DNA of 64,000 bases from Auanema rhodensis (lineage: Eukaryota; Animalia; Nematoda): assembly GCA_964057225.1 (NCBI GenBank), contig OZ059898.1:13144001-13208000 (forward strand), given 5' to 3'. Of this stretch, positions 1-13,400 are shown piece by piece. Numbering within the stretch: the stretch's first letter is position 1; the number at the start of each line of letters is the position of its first letter. A program made the position numbers and the translations under genes. The notes under the pieces were generated by a model. It saw nothing but the letters and a program-made list of their open reading frames with translations, was not told where the DNA came from and ran no database searches.

Positions 1-172
1 GTCATCTATATGCCTGGTTGGCTCAGGATATGGATTAACTGGTCTTCCGGTAACTGTTGGATGAACATCGACTACGCTTCTGGTTGTTGATTGGTGAGCC
101 CCACCTGGTCTTCCAGTAACTGTTTGGCGATCGTCATCTATATGTTTGGTTGGCTCTGGATATGGATTAACT
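1..172 (-). repeat. 132-bp (44-aa) coding tandem repeat
   Basis: gtcatctatatg(c/t)(c/t)tggttggctc(a/t)ggatatggattaactg occurs at 1 and 133; the unit contains two TVTGRP sub-repeats. Confidence 0.8.
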
Positions 173-2158
173 GACGTTCCGGGTACTGTAGAGTAGCTAT
201 TTGATCCAGTTGGCATACGTGTTGATAGAGTTCTGATCACAGGCTGTGTGAATGGGAGGATTTGAATTCCTGGCAACATGCCAATTTGATCATCAAGCTT
301 AATATTAGTGATATTTCCAAATAATGTTTCCGCATCTTTGAGTTCTGATTCTTCAAAATTTTCTCCAAGCTTGCAGAAATAAGGATTTCCACTAGTTTCA
401 GCACAAACAATTTCGCTGGCTGGAGGATCAATAAGTGATGTATATTGGTCTGGGTCTGTGGAAATATCACAATATTTCCATTTGCCATCGATTTTCGTGT
501 AATTATTCATAGCAATAGTCATTGATCCAGCAACACAACCTGAAAAGCTTTGATTGTAAACTAACATATTCATTTTCTGAGATGAATAAACCTGTAGCTA
601 CAGTATGGAAGGTATATGTTTGAGTGTTTGGATCAAATGGTCCACGTATACATTGAAAGAATGTGTTGCTTTTGGTCAAAGTACGTGTTGCTTTCACAAG
701 AGTTCCATCACTTTCACATCCATCTATAATGCATGTTCATCAAGCGGTAAAGATTTTATGATTTTTGATACTCGTGAAGAATAAAGCTGGTCCTGTGCCA
801 GAAGGTGTACAGTAGAATGGATTATCAAAACAATAGAAAATACGTCCAGCATTGAAACGATTGGTTTTAGCAATGCAAGCTTAAAATGAAGTTCAAGTTG
901 TTGCCATATATCTTGAACAAAGCTTCTCTTACCAATCTTAACGGCAACACCTTGTTCACACCTATATACGGTCATTCCTGATTTGTCTGTAAATTCTTCT
1001 GATTCCTTATGCTTCTGACCATAGTATACACATTGTTGTGAACTGCTTGATGTTAAAGATTCTTGCCGAACAATCTTAAACGATACATGGATGATGCAAT
1101 AGTAACATCATTCTACTCACTTGTCCGTCTTCATTCTTTTTACAACTGATTTCAACATCATCGTCCTTAAACTTCTCTCCGATTCTGATAAATTCATTCT
1201 TTGAACTTGTGCATCCTATTGTTATGCATGATGATTACAAGGAAAATAGAAAACATATTCTACCAAGAATTTCAAGTTTATATTTCAAAGTTGCATCCTT
1301 CTTACATTCAAACTTGAAATGACCAATTTGTTCAAATGTTTCTCCATCTTTCAATATTTTATCATCCGAGCTGTATGGCATGATACAACCTGAAAAATAG
1401 ATACAACTTAACTATCATTCATTTGTTTTTCTAGTAGTTCAACCTTCAGCTTCCAGCTTACCACCTACGCATTTATAGTGGACACCTCTTATGTTCAAAT
1501 CTTTTGTACATTTGATATTCTCAGTTATTTCAACTTCTAAATAAATACAAAAAAAAAACATTTAAAGGTCGATTTTCAAATATCATTTACCATTCAAATA
1601 CCAAGAGCCTTCAGGATAATGAGTACATGCAAAGCGTTTTCCATGTTTGCTTAGAGCTGTTTCTCCATCTTTCAATAATTTTCCTTCAAACTTACAGCCT
1701 AAGAGAAACTTTCATAAAACTTTAAATTTAATAAATAGAATAATACCAATAATCTGCTGTATAGCATAATCTTTTGAGAAGAAACATCTGAAAGCGAAAT
1801 TAGTTCCCATTCGCTGAACAATCTTATCATCAGTTATTGTGATATTATTTCTTGGAAAAGAACAATCTGAAAATTGAATCAGAATTCATATTGAACATCA
1901 TCTTTTCTTACATTTCACAGAAAATTGAAGTTCTCCATTGATTCTTTCACAAGTTCCTCCAAAATGAGGATAATATCGATGTGATTGGATAACATTTGAT
2001 TCTTTTGAGCAAAAATGATTGTTTGAACATGTTGTTAGATAGAAGAAACTTGTAAATAGAACTGAAAAAAAACCTTTTTTTTTCATTTAAGAAATTCTTA
2101 AAAGCAATGAGCAGAAGAGGTAGGATGAAAACCTACGAAGCTTATATGCCAGCGCCAT
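1..2158 (-). CDS. Secreted Cys-rich repeat protein (MIG-18-like fibronectin type I repeats) with a Pro/Thr-rich repeat tail; multi-exon, runs off the window start
   Basis: ATG at 2158 (MALAYKL|LLFTSFFYLTTCS, signal-peptide-like). Short GT-AG introns join repeated GC.F.G..L.DGE...F.C modules. The last exon is open to position 1 and encodes PVNPYPEPT(R/K)HIDD repeats. Confidence 0.65.
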
Positions 2159-2460
2159 CTTTACACGAGCATCAATCAGCTTTGGTATAGTTGGGAAATG
2201 TTTGAGCTTTAGTTGTGATATTTTTAAAGCTTATAAAGGAATTTTCGAAATGATATAGCTATCATTAAAGAGAAATATAAACGTGGGAATTCAGTTTATA
2301 TTCTAAAAACAATGTTAGAAAGTTATATTTCATACATTATATTTATTGAAAACTGAATAATGGGAGACACAAACGCTCAAAAAATCATTTGAAAGACGAC
2401 AAAATACGAAAAAAAAATTTTAAAGCACAAATGAGTCAAGAATGTGATAACCTTGATGAC

Positions 2461-3092
2461 TTAATAGATTTCCTCACTCTCTAGCTGAGTTTCTGCAGTT
2501 TTTCCTGGATTCAAGTACATGAATACGGGATGTGGACCATACTCATGCATTCCGCAATCAGTACTTTTATCCTTTCGAGATACAGCTACCTCATATTGAC
2601 GTCTAGCATTCTGTAAAATAAGGTAATTTTAGAGAAAAGAGATAAGAAGAACTTACACATGTTGAATTAACTTCAATAAAGAAATAGTAATCAGAGGACA
2701 TAACTTCATCATCAGCTATCTTTTGTTGTAAATTGATGATAAATTCTGTTTCATTATACTTTGTCAGATGTGTGTACGTTTCCAGAGTATCATCTCCGAA
2801 CTTATCCAATTCTTTCAAGACTACAGTAGATATATGAAAAGGATTTTCACAAGCTAATAAGATCCAGAAGCTGTACAGCTTGTTTTGAACACTACACTGA
2901 ACAAGTTGAAACTTAAGGATGAAACAGAGCGTAACAATAACTTACGCGAGTAAAAACATTAAATAAATCGAAAGATCTTATTGTAAGAGGATGCAAAAAA
3001 AGCAAAACACACAACAATTTTCCTATATTCTGAAGTTTTTTATTGTTCATAATTCTATTTTAAATGATTAAAATATGTTTTACCGTATTCAT
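2461..3092 (-). CDS. Small secreted transthyretin-like/DUF870-like protein (4 exons)
   Basis: ATG 3092, GT-AG introns, TAA 2461-2463. Hydrophobic N-terminus, then C..C..VVLKELDKFGDDTL..FIEVNSTC, a TTR-like pattern. Confidence 0.55.
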
Positions 3093-3303
3093 ATTTTTGT
3101 GAGAGTAGTAGCCCACCAATTCCTGTAGAATATGTGGAAGAAATGAGCTTTGCAACGTGATTCACGCTTTACGTGAAACTTTACCAACATAATAATGCCG
3201 TGCGTCACGCGACATAAAATTACATTTTCATACACTTCTCAATGATTTGATCCTATTTTTTATTTGTTAAATAAGAAATTTAAAAAAATTAATTAGCTTG
3301 ATT
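3093..3303. promoter_or_regulatory. Compact bidirectional promoter (211 bp) with clustered ACGTGA motifs
   Basis: Divergent ATGs at 3092 and 3304; aacgtgattcacgctttacgtgaaa at 3154-3178. Confidence 0.5.
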
Positions 3304-4280
3304 ATGGAAAAAGTTCCAAGTTCAAGTAATATTAATGTTAATCATAACATGTAAAATGTTAAAAACTTTAGCTGAAACAACTTCCATGAAAGAATTTCCA
3401 AAAGGATATCATATTGAGAATTTCGTTATTCGAAAAACTTTAGGACGTGGAACATATGGAACTGTTTATGAAGTTGGTTAATGCTTAAGAATGTAAATAA
3501 TAGTCAGACAACGTTTTAAAGTTATAAACTTAGGTTGAAAGAGTTAACTCCACTCCAAATACAACTACGTTTGCTCTCAAAACAATTAGTTTTGATGCTC
3601 CAATCCATGAATTTAAAAATGAAGTTAATGTGCTAAAGTTGAATAAGTTGTAATGACGTTTGTAAACTTTATTCCTAGAGCACTATTGGCTTCTGGATCG
3701 AAATTCTGTTGTTCTGTAATCGAAACAGGAAAACACTTGGGCCTATCGTACTTTGTTATGAGTCGCTTGGGACAAACTTTACAAGTTTGTACTAGAAATG
3801 CCTTTAAGTAGAAAAAAAAATTCAAATAGCAACTATTACAATCAACATATATTCTGAAAAAAACACGAAGATTCACATTACCTTGTGCTTTGAGGATTGG
3901 AAAGGAATGCTTGGAAGCTATTCATGATCTTCATAAAACAGGGCAAATTTTCATTATAAGATTGCGCTTCTAATTCAATTTACATTCGAATTCAGATACA
4001 TTCATGGTGATATTAAGCCATCTAATTTTGCCGTTGGATATACAGACCCAAAGCGAATTTATATTTTTGATTTTGGAATGAGCAAAAAGTTCCAACATTT
4101 TAAAAGTTCAAAACATTTATTTCGTTGGTCAGTAGGTTTTCGAGGTACAGCAAGTTATGTGAGCTTCAGCAATACTTCTAGTAACGAAGTTGGTTTCTTC
4201 AGATATGCCTCATTAGATGCTCATAAACATTTAGCTTTATCTGTCAAAGATGACTTGGAAAGCTGGCTCTATCAACAGGT

Positions 4281-4347
<67 letters not shown>

Positions 4348-4739
4348 GTTTGTATAATTTAAAACATATATACATATCAAACATTTATAAGATTGAATTG
4401 ACATCTGGACGTTTACCATGGAAAAAGCTGAAAGAAATAAAAGAAATTCAAAATTACAAGAAAAAGTGTCGTAATGAATGTAATTGAACACTCATATCCT
4501 ACAAATATATTTTTACGAATTCAGATATTTCAACGTTGTTTCGTGATTGTCCGTCAGAATATTCACTAATTCTGAAATATATTGATGATTTGAAGTATAC
4601 AGATACTCCAAATTACACAAACCTTCAGAATATATTGAATGAATCAATGCAAAAAGCTGGATGTAAGCCAAGTGATGTATATGATTGGGAAAAAGCTGTA
4701 CCATTTAGTGATATAAAAACACAAACACAAACAAAATAA
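3304..4739 (+). CDS. Casein kinase 1 / tau-tubulin kinase family Ser/Thr kinase
   Basis: Spliced motifs LGRGTYGTVYEV, FALK, YFVMSRLG, IHGDIKPSNFAVG, DFGM, FRGT.RYAS, DDLESWLY, GRLPW, YDWE. The model needs one GC-AG intron and one TT-AG (or retained) intron. Confidence 0.9.
4285..4342. repeat. (CT)n microsatellite in kinase intron
   Basis: Direct dinucleotide run. Confidence 0.95.
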
Positions 4740-5114
4740 TAAACAATTTTTTTATTTTTTTTTATAAAAAAAAACTAAATATTTACATCGCCTGAACGAT
4801 AATCAATGATTTTTAGCATTAGATATCCAATCATAGATAGAGCAGATCGAAGACTGTTCCCGTGTGTTTCATATATTTTGTATTATTATTATTATTGTTG
4901 TTGTTGTTGTTGTTATTGTTGTTGATGAAATCAAAGCAACGAGGAAAAGTATAAAGAAAAAACAATTAGAATGATGAACTGAATGGCAAAAAAAGTTTAA
5001 AAATTAGTGAATTTAACATTAAAATAACAAATTGAACCAGGCTAGTGCTGGAAGATCGTATGACATGAGCTGTTATATTTGGAAATTACTGCAAGTCTAA
5101 GATACTAGGACGTG

Positions 5115-7391
5115 CTACTGAAGTCCTGCAGCAGCTTTTTTAGCTTTAGATTCTGCTGACCTCTTTTTGGTTTTTTTTGGCGAAGATAAGGCTTTTTCCT
5201 GTAATATAGATGATTGAAATGAGCATCTTTTGATTAAAATGAAAGAAAAAAACCTTTTTAGGAGATTCTGGCCTGGACTGCTTTTCATAATCCTCAAGTA
5301 ACTCTTTTTCTTTTTCCTGGCGACTAGACCTTGATAAGCTACGACGAACTCTTTCTACAAGTTTCGAACCCATATGTTTGAATGGATTTCGGCCCCCTGT
5401 AAGCAAAGCTTCAACTCACAAACGTAGTTTGTATCAATTACCTCTGGGCATTGTTCCGTAAGCATTGATGGTAGGATCTTGATCAGGTGATTGGCATGAG
5501 CTATACTGTTGGCGTGATGTATCCTGAATACAAGAAAATCTTTAAAAATATCAAAAATACAAATCTAACCTTTTTCTTTCCGCGATCTTGAGTAGCTTCA
5601 ACAGATCGAGACTTGCGCATTCCGAAGAAGCCACGTTTTTCCGATTTTGCTTCATCAATAGATTCAAAAGCTTTAGCCATAAGCTTAACAGACGGTTGTC
5701 CACCACGAGCTAATTCTTCTCTACGAATACGATACAGTATATTAGTACCTTTAAATATAAAATTTTAGATAAAAGAAACTAATATACAAGACAAACCAGT
5801 ACTGCCACATCGACTGTGATTTGGCTCTTCATCTTCCACATCACTTCTACGATCAAATGATGCTGTACGATCTAAAACAATTAAATTTTTAGTAAAACAA
5901 AGCTTAATACATAGAAGAAGCTAGAATATACAACTTACTGAGATAGGGATCGGTATAGAGAGGCTTACGTTGAGAAAGTGGTCGTCCATAGCGATCATAT
6001 CCAGTATTACTTTCAGTACTGGAAAATTAATTATTAAATATGTTTTTCTGTTATACAAAGAAAAATCAAATTAAAAACGAAAAATTTGTGAATTTCATAT
6101 TGTTCTAATTAAGTTTTCTATGTTATTTTCTGCTGAATGTTAGTTAAGAAGCAGCTCGAACATGCTTTTAAAAAGTTAACACATGTGCTTTAAGAAATTG
6201 CATAGTTGCAAATCCTGATACGTGCTTTTTCACTGAGTTTTTTTCGTTTCGTTTTCGATTTTCTACCTGAATGACCGTTTACTAGCTGGAACATTTGGTG
6301 TGCTGCTGGTATGTTGAAGACTATATGGGCCTATGGCTTTTCCCTTTGTTGCATTGTTTGGAACTGAGCCATTTGAGACGGTTAAAGTTGCTGAGTTACT
6401 AGAAGCGAGAATTCCAGAAGCCGATACTTGTAGACGGGAAGGTGGTGCTGGGCCATGTGGCTGCTTGCTAACAGGTGGAGGTGAAGAGATAGTGCTGCTT
6501 ATAACACTAGCTTGGTTAGCTGTCCATCTAAAGTACGTGAAAGAGATGCTTTAGATGAACAAGTGCATATGCTGTGCACAAGTGAACAGTTGGAAAGTGA
6601 GGTGGAAGAAGAGATACGAAGAAGAAGAAGATATGAAAGAAGTTGCAAAGGATTGAAGCAAAGAATCTTGCAGATGAGTGTAGAAAAGAAGTTTTGTATG
6701 ATTTCTGTGCATTTGAAATGTGTTTTGGAAAAGATTACTTCAAAAGAACAATATAAAATCTGAAATACAAATTGCAAAAAAGCCAAAAACTTAAAAAAAA
6801 TGCAAAGACGGAAAAAAACGGATCATTAGAAAAAAAAGAAATATTTCTATTTAACAGATTATTTAAAACGATATTCAATAGATCATGCTTAAATTCTGAC
6901 CAAAATATCAAATAAAATCAACTTAAAAATTCAAAAAACTCCAAGAAAAACAACAAAAAAAAGAAAGAAAGCAACAATGAAACTTGATTTCAAAATTTAC
7001 CTGACTGTACTTCTAACTGGCATACTAGTTACAGATCGTATAGAGAAGGATGATTGAGATATGTTATCATATGTTCCTTCACCACATTCACTGATTGATG
7101 GAGCATATCCATTCCGTTGTTCTATCAGTGATGGCTGAACAGAAGAGCAACGGTCATCACTGAAATATGCTTTCAAGTTTATATAAAAAGCTGCAAAACG
7201 TTATACCCATTAGCTGCAGATTGAGTATCTTCATCACGAATAGCAGTTAACTGGTTAATGATATATCTCATACCATCTGGATGATCGAGATTACCTGACC
7301 GACGAAGTGGATCAGTTACATATTGTAGCTAGAAAATAAAATATAATAAAATATAATTAATAAAAAAAATCAATTATTATTTTAAAAGTAT

Positions 7392-7430
<39 letters not shown>

Positions 7431-10400
7431 TCTATTTCGCGCGCTGTGCGATCAATAGTAAGTGATTATCCATTTTAGTTAATTTTCATTAATGAATCGG
7501 TTGTATTTTTATTCAATTTTTTGTTTATTTTTCATTAATTTATCTTTTATATTTTTAGATAAATTATCAAAAGTAGCATTAATTAGGAGAAGTGAACAAC
7601 AAGTAGGATATCAGGACTTTCATCAACAATTTTCACGAAATGAGGTTTCCGAGAAAAGGTATGATCTTGCGTTTTTTTAATTTGGAAAATAATAATTAAA
7701 TATTTTAATTAATTAATTACCTGATCAATTATTGATGAAAGTCTATACTTTCTAGTCAATTTTTGAAGTTCAGTCATATGAACGATTTGTTGTAATCGCT
7801 CTGCTTCTGATTCCAACATTTCACGAGCAGCTGCATGAGTATCCTTATTTTGACATAGATTTCTTTGATCAATTTCAAGCATACGAATAGTTTCACGAAG
7901 CTAAATATAACATTAATTAAAAATAATTTATATATATATATATATAGTTAGAAATATTACCTCTCCAAGTGTTTTTGATGTTTCATTCTTTTGTTGATTA
8001 GCTGATGATGTAATTTCTTTTATTTTTTCATTTAATCTATCTATCTCTTTAGTATAGAATTTTTCACATTCTTTATAATGATTTTGAACACTTTCCATTT
8101 GTTTTTTCTCTTCTTCACTATTCTTATCAGTTCTAGCTGAAAGAACAAGACCTAAAAACAATCAGATATTATACATATAGCACGGCAATTCAATGTTATT
8201 TAACATGAAACTTTTTTTTTCTGGACAAAATTCACAAAATTCAAATTTTTTTGGACAAAATTGAACTGTAAATGGACATTCAAACTCAATAGTTGACCAA
8301 CAAACATAGAAAAGATTGACATTTAGCAAACAGCTTACCTCTTTCACGATCCATATTCCATAAGATTTGATCAGCTTTACGAGCTTCTTTTGTTAGTCTG
8401 AGATCGGTTTTAATTCTTTCTAATTCGGATTCTAGGTCAGAAATCTTTGTAGCTTGAAATTTAATTCTTTCCAAAGATTCTCCAAGTTCTTTACTCTTCG
8501 TTTCATAAGTTTTATTTTCTTCCTGATTCTTCTTCTCAGCTTTTCCTAAGTTTTCCTTATGAGTGTCACGCTCACGTCGTGCTAAGACAAGCTGAAAATA
8601 TTAGTTTTAAGCATTTAAAGCATAAAACTTATGTTGTAACAAACCTGTGAATGCAAAGACTTATTCGTATCTTCCATAATGCGCATTCGACTTGAGAACT
8701 TTTGCTGAACAGCATCCATCTCAACACTTCGAATCTTCTCAGTTTGTCGTGTCTTATGTTGGAATGATTCCTTATCTTTTTGCCAACTTTGTTTGGTACG
8801 ATTCAATTCATCTCTAAGCTCAGCATTAGAAATCTTGACTTCTTCCAATTTGGCTTCAGAATCAGAATTCTTCAAAATCAATCAATGAGAATACAAACTA
8901 TTTCTATGACTATATACCTTCTTTTCCAATAAAGCTATCTGTTTTTTCAAATCAATGATATGAACACGATCACTTTCATGACGACTGAGCTTCATACACT
9001 CCGGCTGGTCAGATTCATTCGATTTTTCTAAAAAAAAACAGATTTTTCATTAAAATTATTGGTAAAATGATCTGAACTAACCTTTCACATCGTGCTCACT
9101 ACCTTCACCATTCTTGGAAGCTGCCAGCTGCTTCTTAAGAGATACAATCTCACGTTCGAAGCCAGACTTCTCAGACTTCCAAGTAGAATCTTTCTTACGT
9201 AACTCTTCAGTAGTTGATTCTATAATCATAGATTATCTCATCAGAAGTTTGAAAGCTAGATTCTTACTCAAAAGATCTTCAGCATCATTTGATATTTTCT
9301 TCAAAGCAACAATCTCATTCTTAGTTCGGCTACGCTCACTATTCATCTTTTCTCGTTCAGCATCAAAGATACTTTCTAACTTTTTGTACTTAATTTCATA
9401 TTCTTTAATTGTTTTTTTATTTGTATCCATATCCTATACATAATATTAATTAAATACATATGGTTAATTAATTATATTTACCTGTATATCTTTCTTTTGG
9501 TCATCAAATTCTTTTTGAAGCTGATTAACACGTTCTTCAGTCTCTTCTAAAGTCTTTGATTTTTCCAAAAGAGAAGATGATTTGGATTCGAGAAGTTGTT
9601 CCAACTCTTCGAGTTGTCTCTTGTTATCACCTAGTCGGAGATTCAAGCTCTTGATCTACAAATGCTCGTATGACGTTAAGCAAAATGTATTATAACTAAT
9701 CCAACCTCATTTTCAAAGATTTGTCGTTGCTTTTCAATCTCAATCGTCCAACGATCTTCAGTTTGTAGAACTTGATTAGTCAAATCTTTGTTCTTCTTCT
9801 TATAGAATATGATCTCATTCTGTTGTTCTTCAATGAATTTATCATTTTCTTTGCATTTTTTACAATCCGCTACAGCTGGAGTAGCAAGAATTTCACGTAA
9901 TGGACTTCGTCTCATCAATACTGTTGGGTCAGACGACTGAAATCTTTGGCATTTTTAAAAGATTACAAATTGAAAATAACCTTAATAGTATCCATAACCT
10001 TATGAACATTCTTTAATTCTTCCATCATATGAGCTAATTCAGCAATGATCGTAGCTCCACTATCCTTAGATAGCGATCGACGTCTATCTTCCTGCAAAAT
10101 AATTATTTAATTTAAAATAATAATAGGAAACTAAAGCAAAAAACCTTTTGAGTGAGATCCATCTTTTCAACTTGCTTACTAATTCGAACAGTTTGTAATT
10201 CAATGCATCCAAGAACTTCACAAACTTGCTCTATCTGCAAAATATTTCAGCTTAAACTGAGTATATTTACACCTATTTGTAGTATTTTTAAAGAAAAAAA
10301 TTGTATTGGGGAAGTTCAAATGACTAATTGACATGATATTTCACTTTGTCAGTTGTTGTCTATAGTTGAAAGGGAGGGTCAGTCTCAAAAACGAATCGTC

Positions 10401-13400
10401 CAATGTAATTCTTCTTATCAGATGTAGCTTTAGAAATTTGAAAAGCCAATTAATCAGGAGGGTCTAACCTCATCGCAAGTCGGAACTTTTCCTTGTAAAT
10501 CTTGAATAGTGGTTGTTGCTTTCTTTTCACTAAGTTGACGTTCAAGCATTTCAATTTTAGATTTCATTTCATCCTGAATATTACAATATGATCAATTTGT
10601 CTTTTTAATTAATTAAAAATTTCTAACCATATATTTAGCGGAATCACCCTCCTTAGCTAATCGCTTGTGAAGTGTGTTGCAACGATCATTTGCCATTGAC
10701 AGTTGGCTGTTCAGTTGTTCAATCTATAATTAATTGTATACAATTTTAAAATTGCTAACAGCTTATATATCATGAAAAATTGTTTCAACTTGGCTACTAT
10801 AATAAGCTGACAATGTGCGACAAACCTTTGTTGCTAGTGAGATCAGCTTCTGATTATCTGTTTTAAGCATAATTTGCTTTAATTCTTGCAACTCTATTTC
10901 TACAGCTCGGCGTTTCTCTTGTTCACTTCGAAGTTCATTAGTAGAACCTGTATAGAAACCTGTTAGCTATTCGAAGCTTAAACTTATGGCCATACCTACA
11001 ACACCGGTTGATACTACATGAACCTTTGTTTCTTGACTTTTCAGTTGATGAGAAAGTTCAAGATTTCTACGTTCAAGATCACTAATGGTTGTTAGCATTT
11101 TGCTCATGTCCTGCTTTACTTCGGCCGACAACTGAATCAATGAAAAACATTTCAAGAACTTGAAAGAGACAACACTTACTTCTCCACCACATAATCGGAC
11201 TCCCTCCTCTATGCGCTTCGTGTAATCGGTTTCCAACTCGAGGATCCTGTCGATATACTTCATATAATATTCAAAAGCTTTTAACAAACTTCTTGGTTAG
11301 ATGGTCGTTCGTCTTTTCGAGCCTTTCGACCTTTGACGTCAGATGTTCGACTTCGTGTTCCGCCAGCTCCAGCTGTAAGTGTGCATTCCCTTCGCTAAAA
11401 CAGAGCACGGTTAGAGAAAGTTGGTATTATTCGTGCTGATTTGATTAAATCTCAAATACAGCAAGAAAATACAACATGGAGTAGTATAAGCAAGCATGAT
11501 GATAATGCTAAATCTATTGATAACACAAGTTATGTATATCCTGACGGAATGCTACAGCCATTTACACAAACAAACGATTAAACAGCAAACGATTCGTGCA
11601 TCAATAAAAAACACAAAATAACTCAAAAAACCAAAAGAAGAAGCACTAAAAGCAACACATTCACAAGCATTCCAGCTATCATTGGTATGGTTTTCGTTTT
11701 CAATTTGGTAAATAAGAACTCAAATGCTATTAGGGGTATTGACTAGTATATTTCAACAATCATCAGAGTAGATTCATCTAATTCCCATATTTGCAACATC
11801 TATCTCTCTGCTAAATCAACCGAATCTTCATATATAGCTGTCTCGATATGTGATGCTGATGGTGTTGTTGTTGATGATTGTTTGTGAAGGATAATTTAAA
11901 TAAAAATAAAACAGAACAAACAGACGAACATTGATAACACATGCGGCTACCCACCTTGCCGATCGAATCATCGGTGGTCGAAGCTTAGCTGACTTTGATA
12001 ATTTTTTAATAAGTGATTCATTTTCAGCTTCCATTTCCTAATAAATTTAGAAATGATGTCATTATTTCTCTTAAAGCTACGATGAGTTATATACCTGAAG
12101 CCGACTTTGAGTGCGCTTAAGATCTTCTTCAGAATAACGAAGTTGTTCCCTGATATCAATTTCCCGTTCTAAAGCATCTCGAAGTTCTTTACTCATATCT
12201 CCTTCAGGGATTGTGATTGGTGCCGAAAGTTCGGCTGATAATCGTTTCTGAATGTAACGCCCAGTTTTGCGCATTTTTGAGTTTCAACTAACCACAGCAT
12301 TATCTGTCCGATTGCGAGCTTCACGCCATTTACTTTGAGTTTGAAGTTCTCGTACTTTTTCTTTCAAATAGAATACTTCATCCTCTAACTTATATCTAAA
12401 TATAATCAAATCATTAAGTTTTACTTCATCTATATAGCTACCGTTTCTCTTCTGTCTGCTCTAATTCATTGTGTAAACGAACAGAAACCTGAAATATTTG
12501 AATATTTTCAAAATGAACAGCCGTTCAATCGCCTTTTACAATCAAAATGACCTGTCAATTCAAATTTCACGTGAATTCACGTGAATACTATGTACGCAAA
12601 CAACAGTAACTAACCTCTTTGGCTATTCGAAGTTCAGATTCTAATTCCTTGATTTTACTAGTTTCAGTTGGTGTTGGAATAACTCCGTTCTCATTACCGG
12701 TTGCCATAAGATCCTAGATACACAATTTTATTTGTTTATCAATTCACTATATGACATTATGCTTACTTTAAGCTTATTTTGAAGTTGCAACTTCTCTGTT
12801 TCTGCTTGATCTTTCTGTCGATCAGCTTTGCGTAACTTGAATTGCAAAACTCTACAATTTTTAGCATTTTGCTCTAATTCTCTTTGTAATTCTCTGAATT
12901 CTTCTATTTCTTCTTCACGATATTGATCCTAAAATACAAAATTGCATTGGTACAGGCTTATTCTGAATAGAAAATGTGATGATATACCTGCATTTCCTCA
13001 ATTTCATGCTGTAAATCTTTGACTTCAGCTTTGAGCATTTCATTTTCCTCCATCAATTCATCACATAATGATTCAGTATTCTGAATTTTGTCTTTGAGCT
13101 TCTGATCCGAGTTCGAGTATGTTGTTTCCTAACAGAGACACAGTTGTATGGATTATGAAATTGAAAACATACCTGTAACTCTCGAAGCTCACATTTCAAT
13201 ACCGTGTTCTCATCTCTATAGTCTTGAATACTATTTTCAGCTTCATTCAAACGATCTTCTAACATCTGTACTAACGTTTGTTCAGAATCATCTTTTGAAC
13301 GATATGCTCGACGTTGAGCAGCTTCTTCTCTGTCATCCTATGAAAGTAATTATAATTTTGAAAAAAAAATTTTTTTTGGCTCTGAATACCTTCAATTGTC

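Noticed and set aside
8221-8300. Repeated GGACAAAATT words in an intron (similar words near 19121, 38076 and 55104)
   Set aside because: Too short and AT-rich to separate from background without computation.
9114-9443. Plus-strand ORFs opposite coiled-coil exons (also 13148-13474 and 14859-15062)
   Set aside because: Antisense shadows of real exons.
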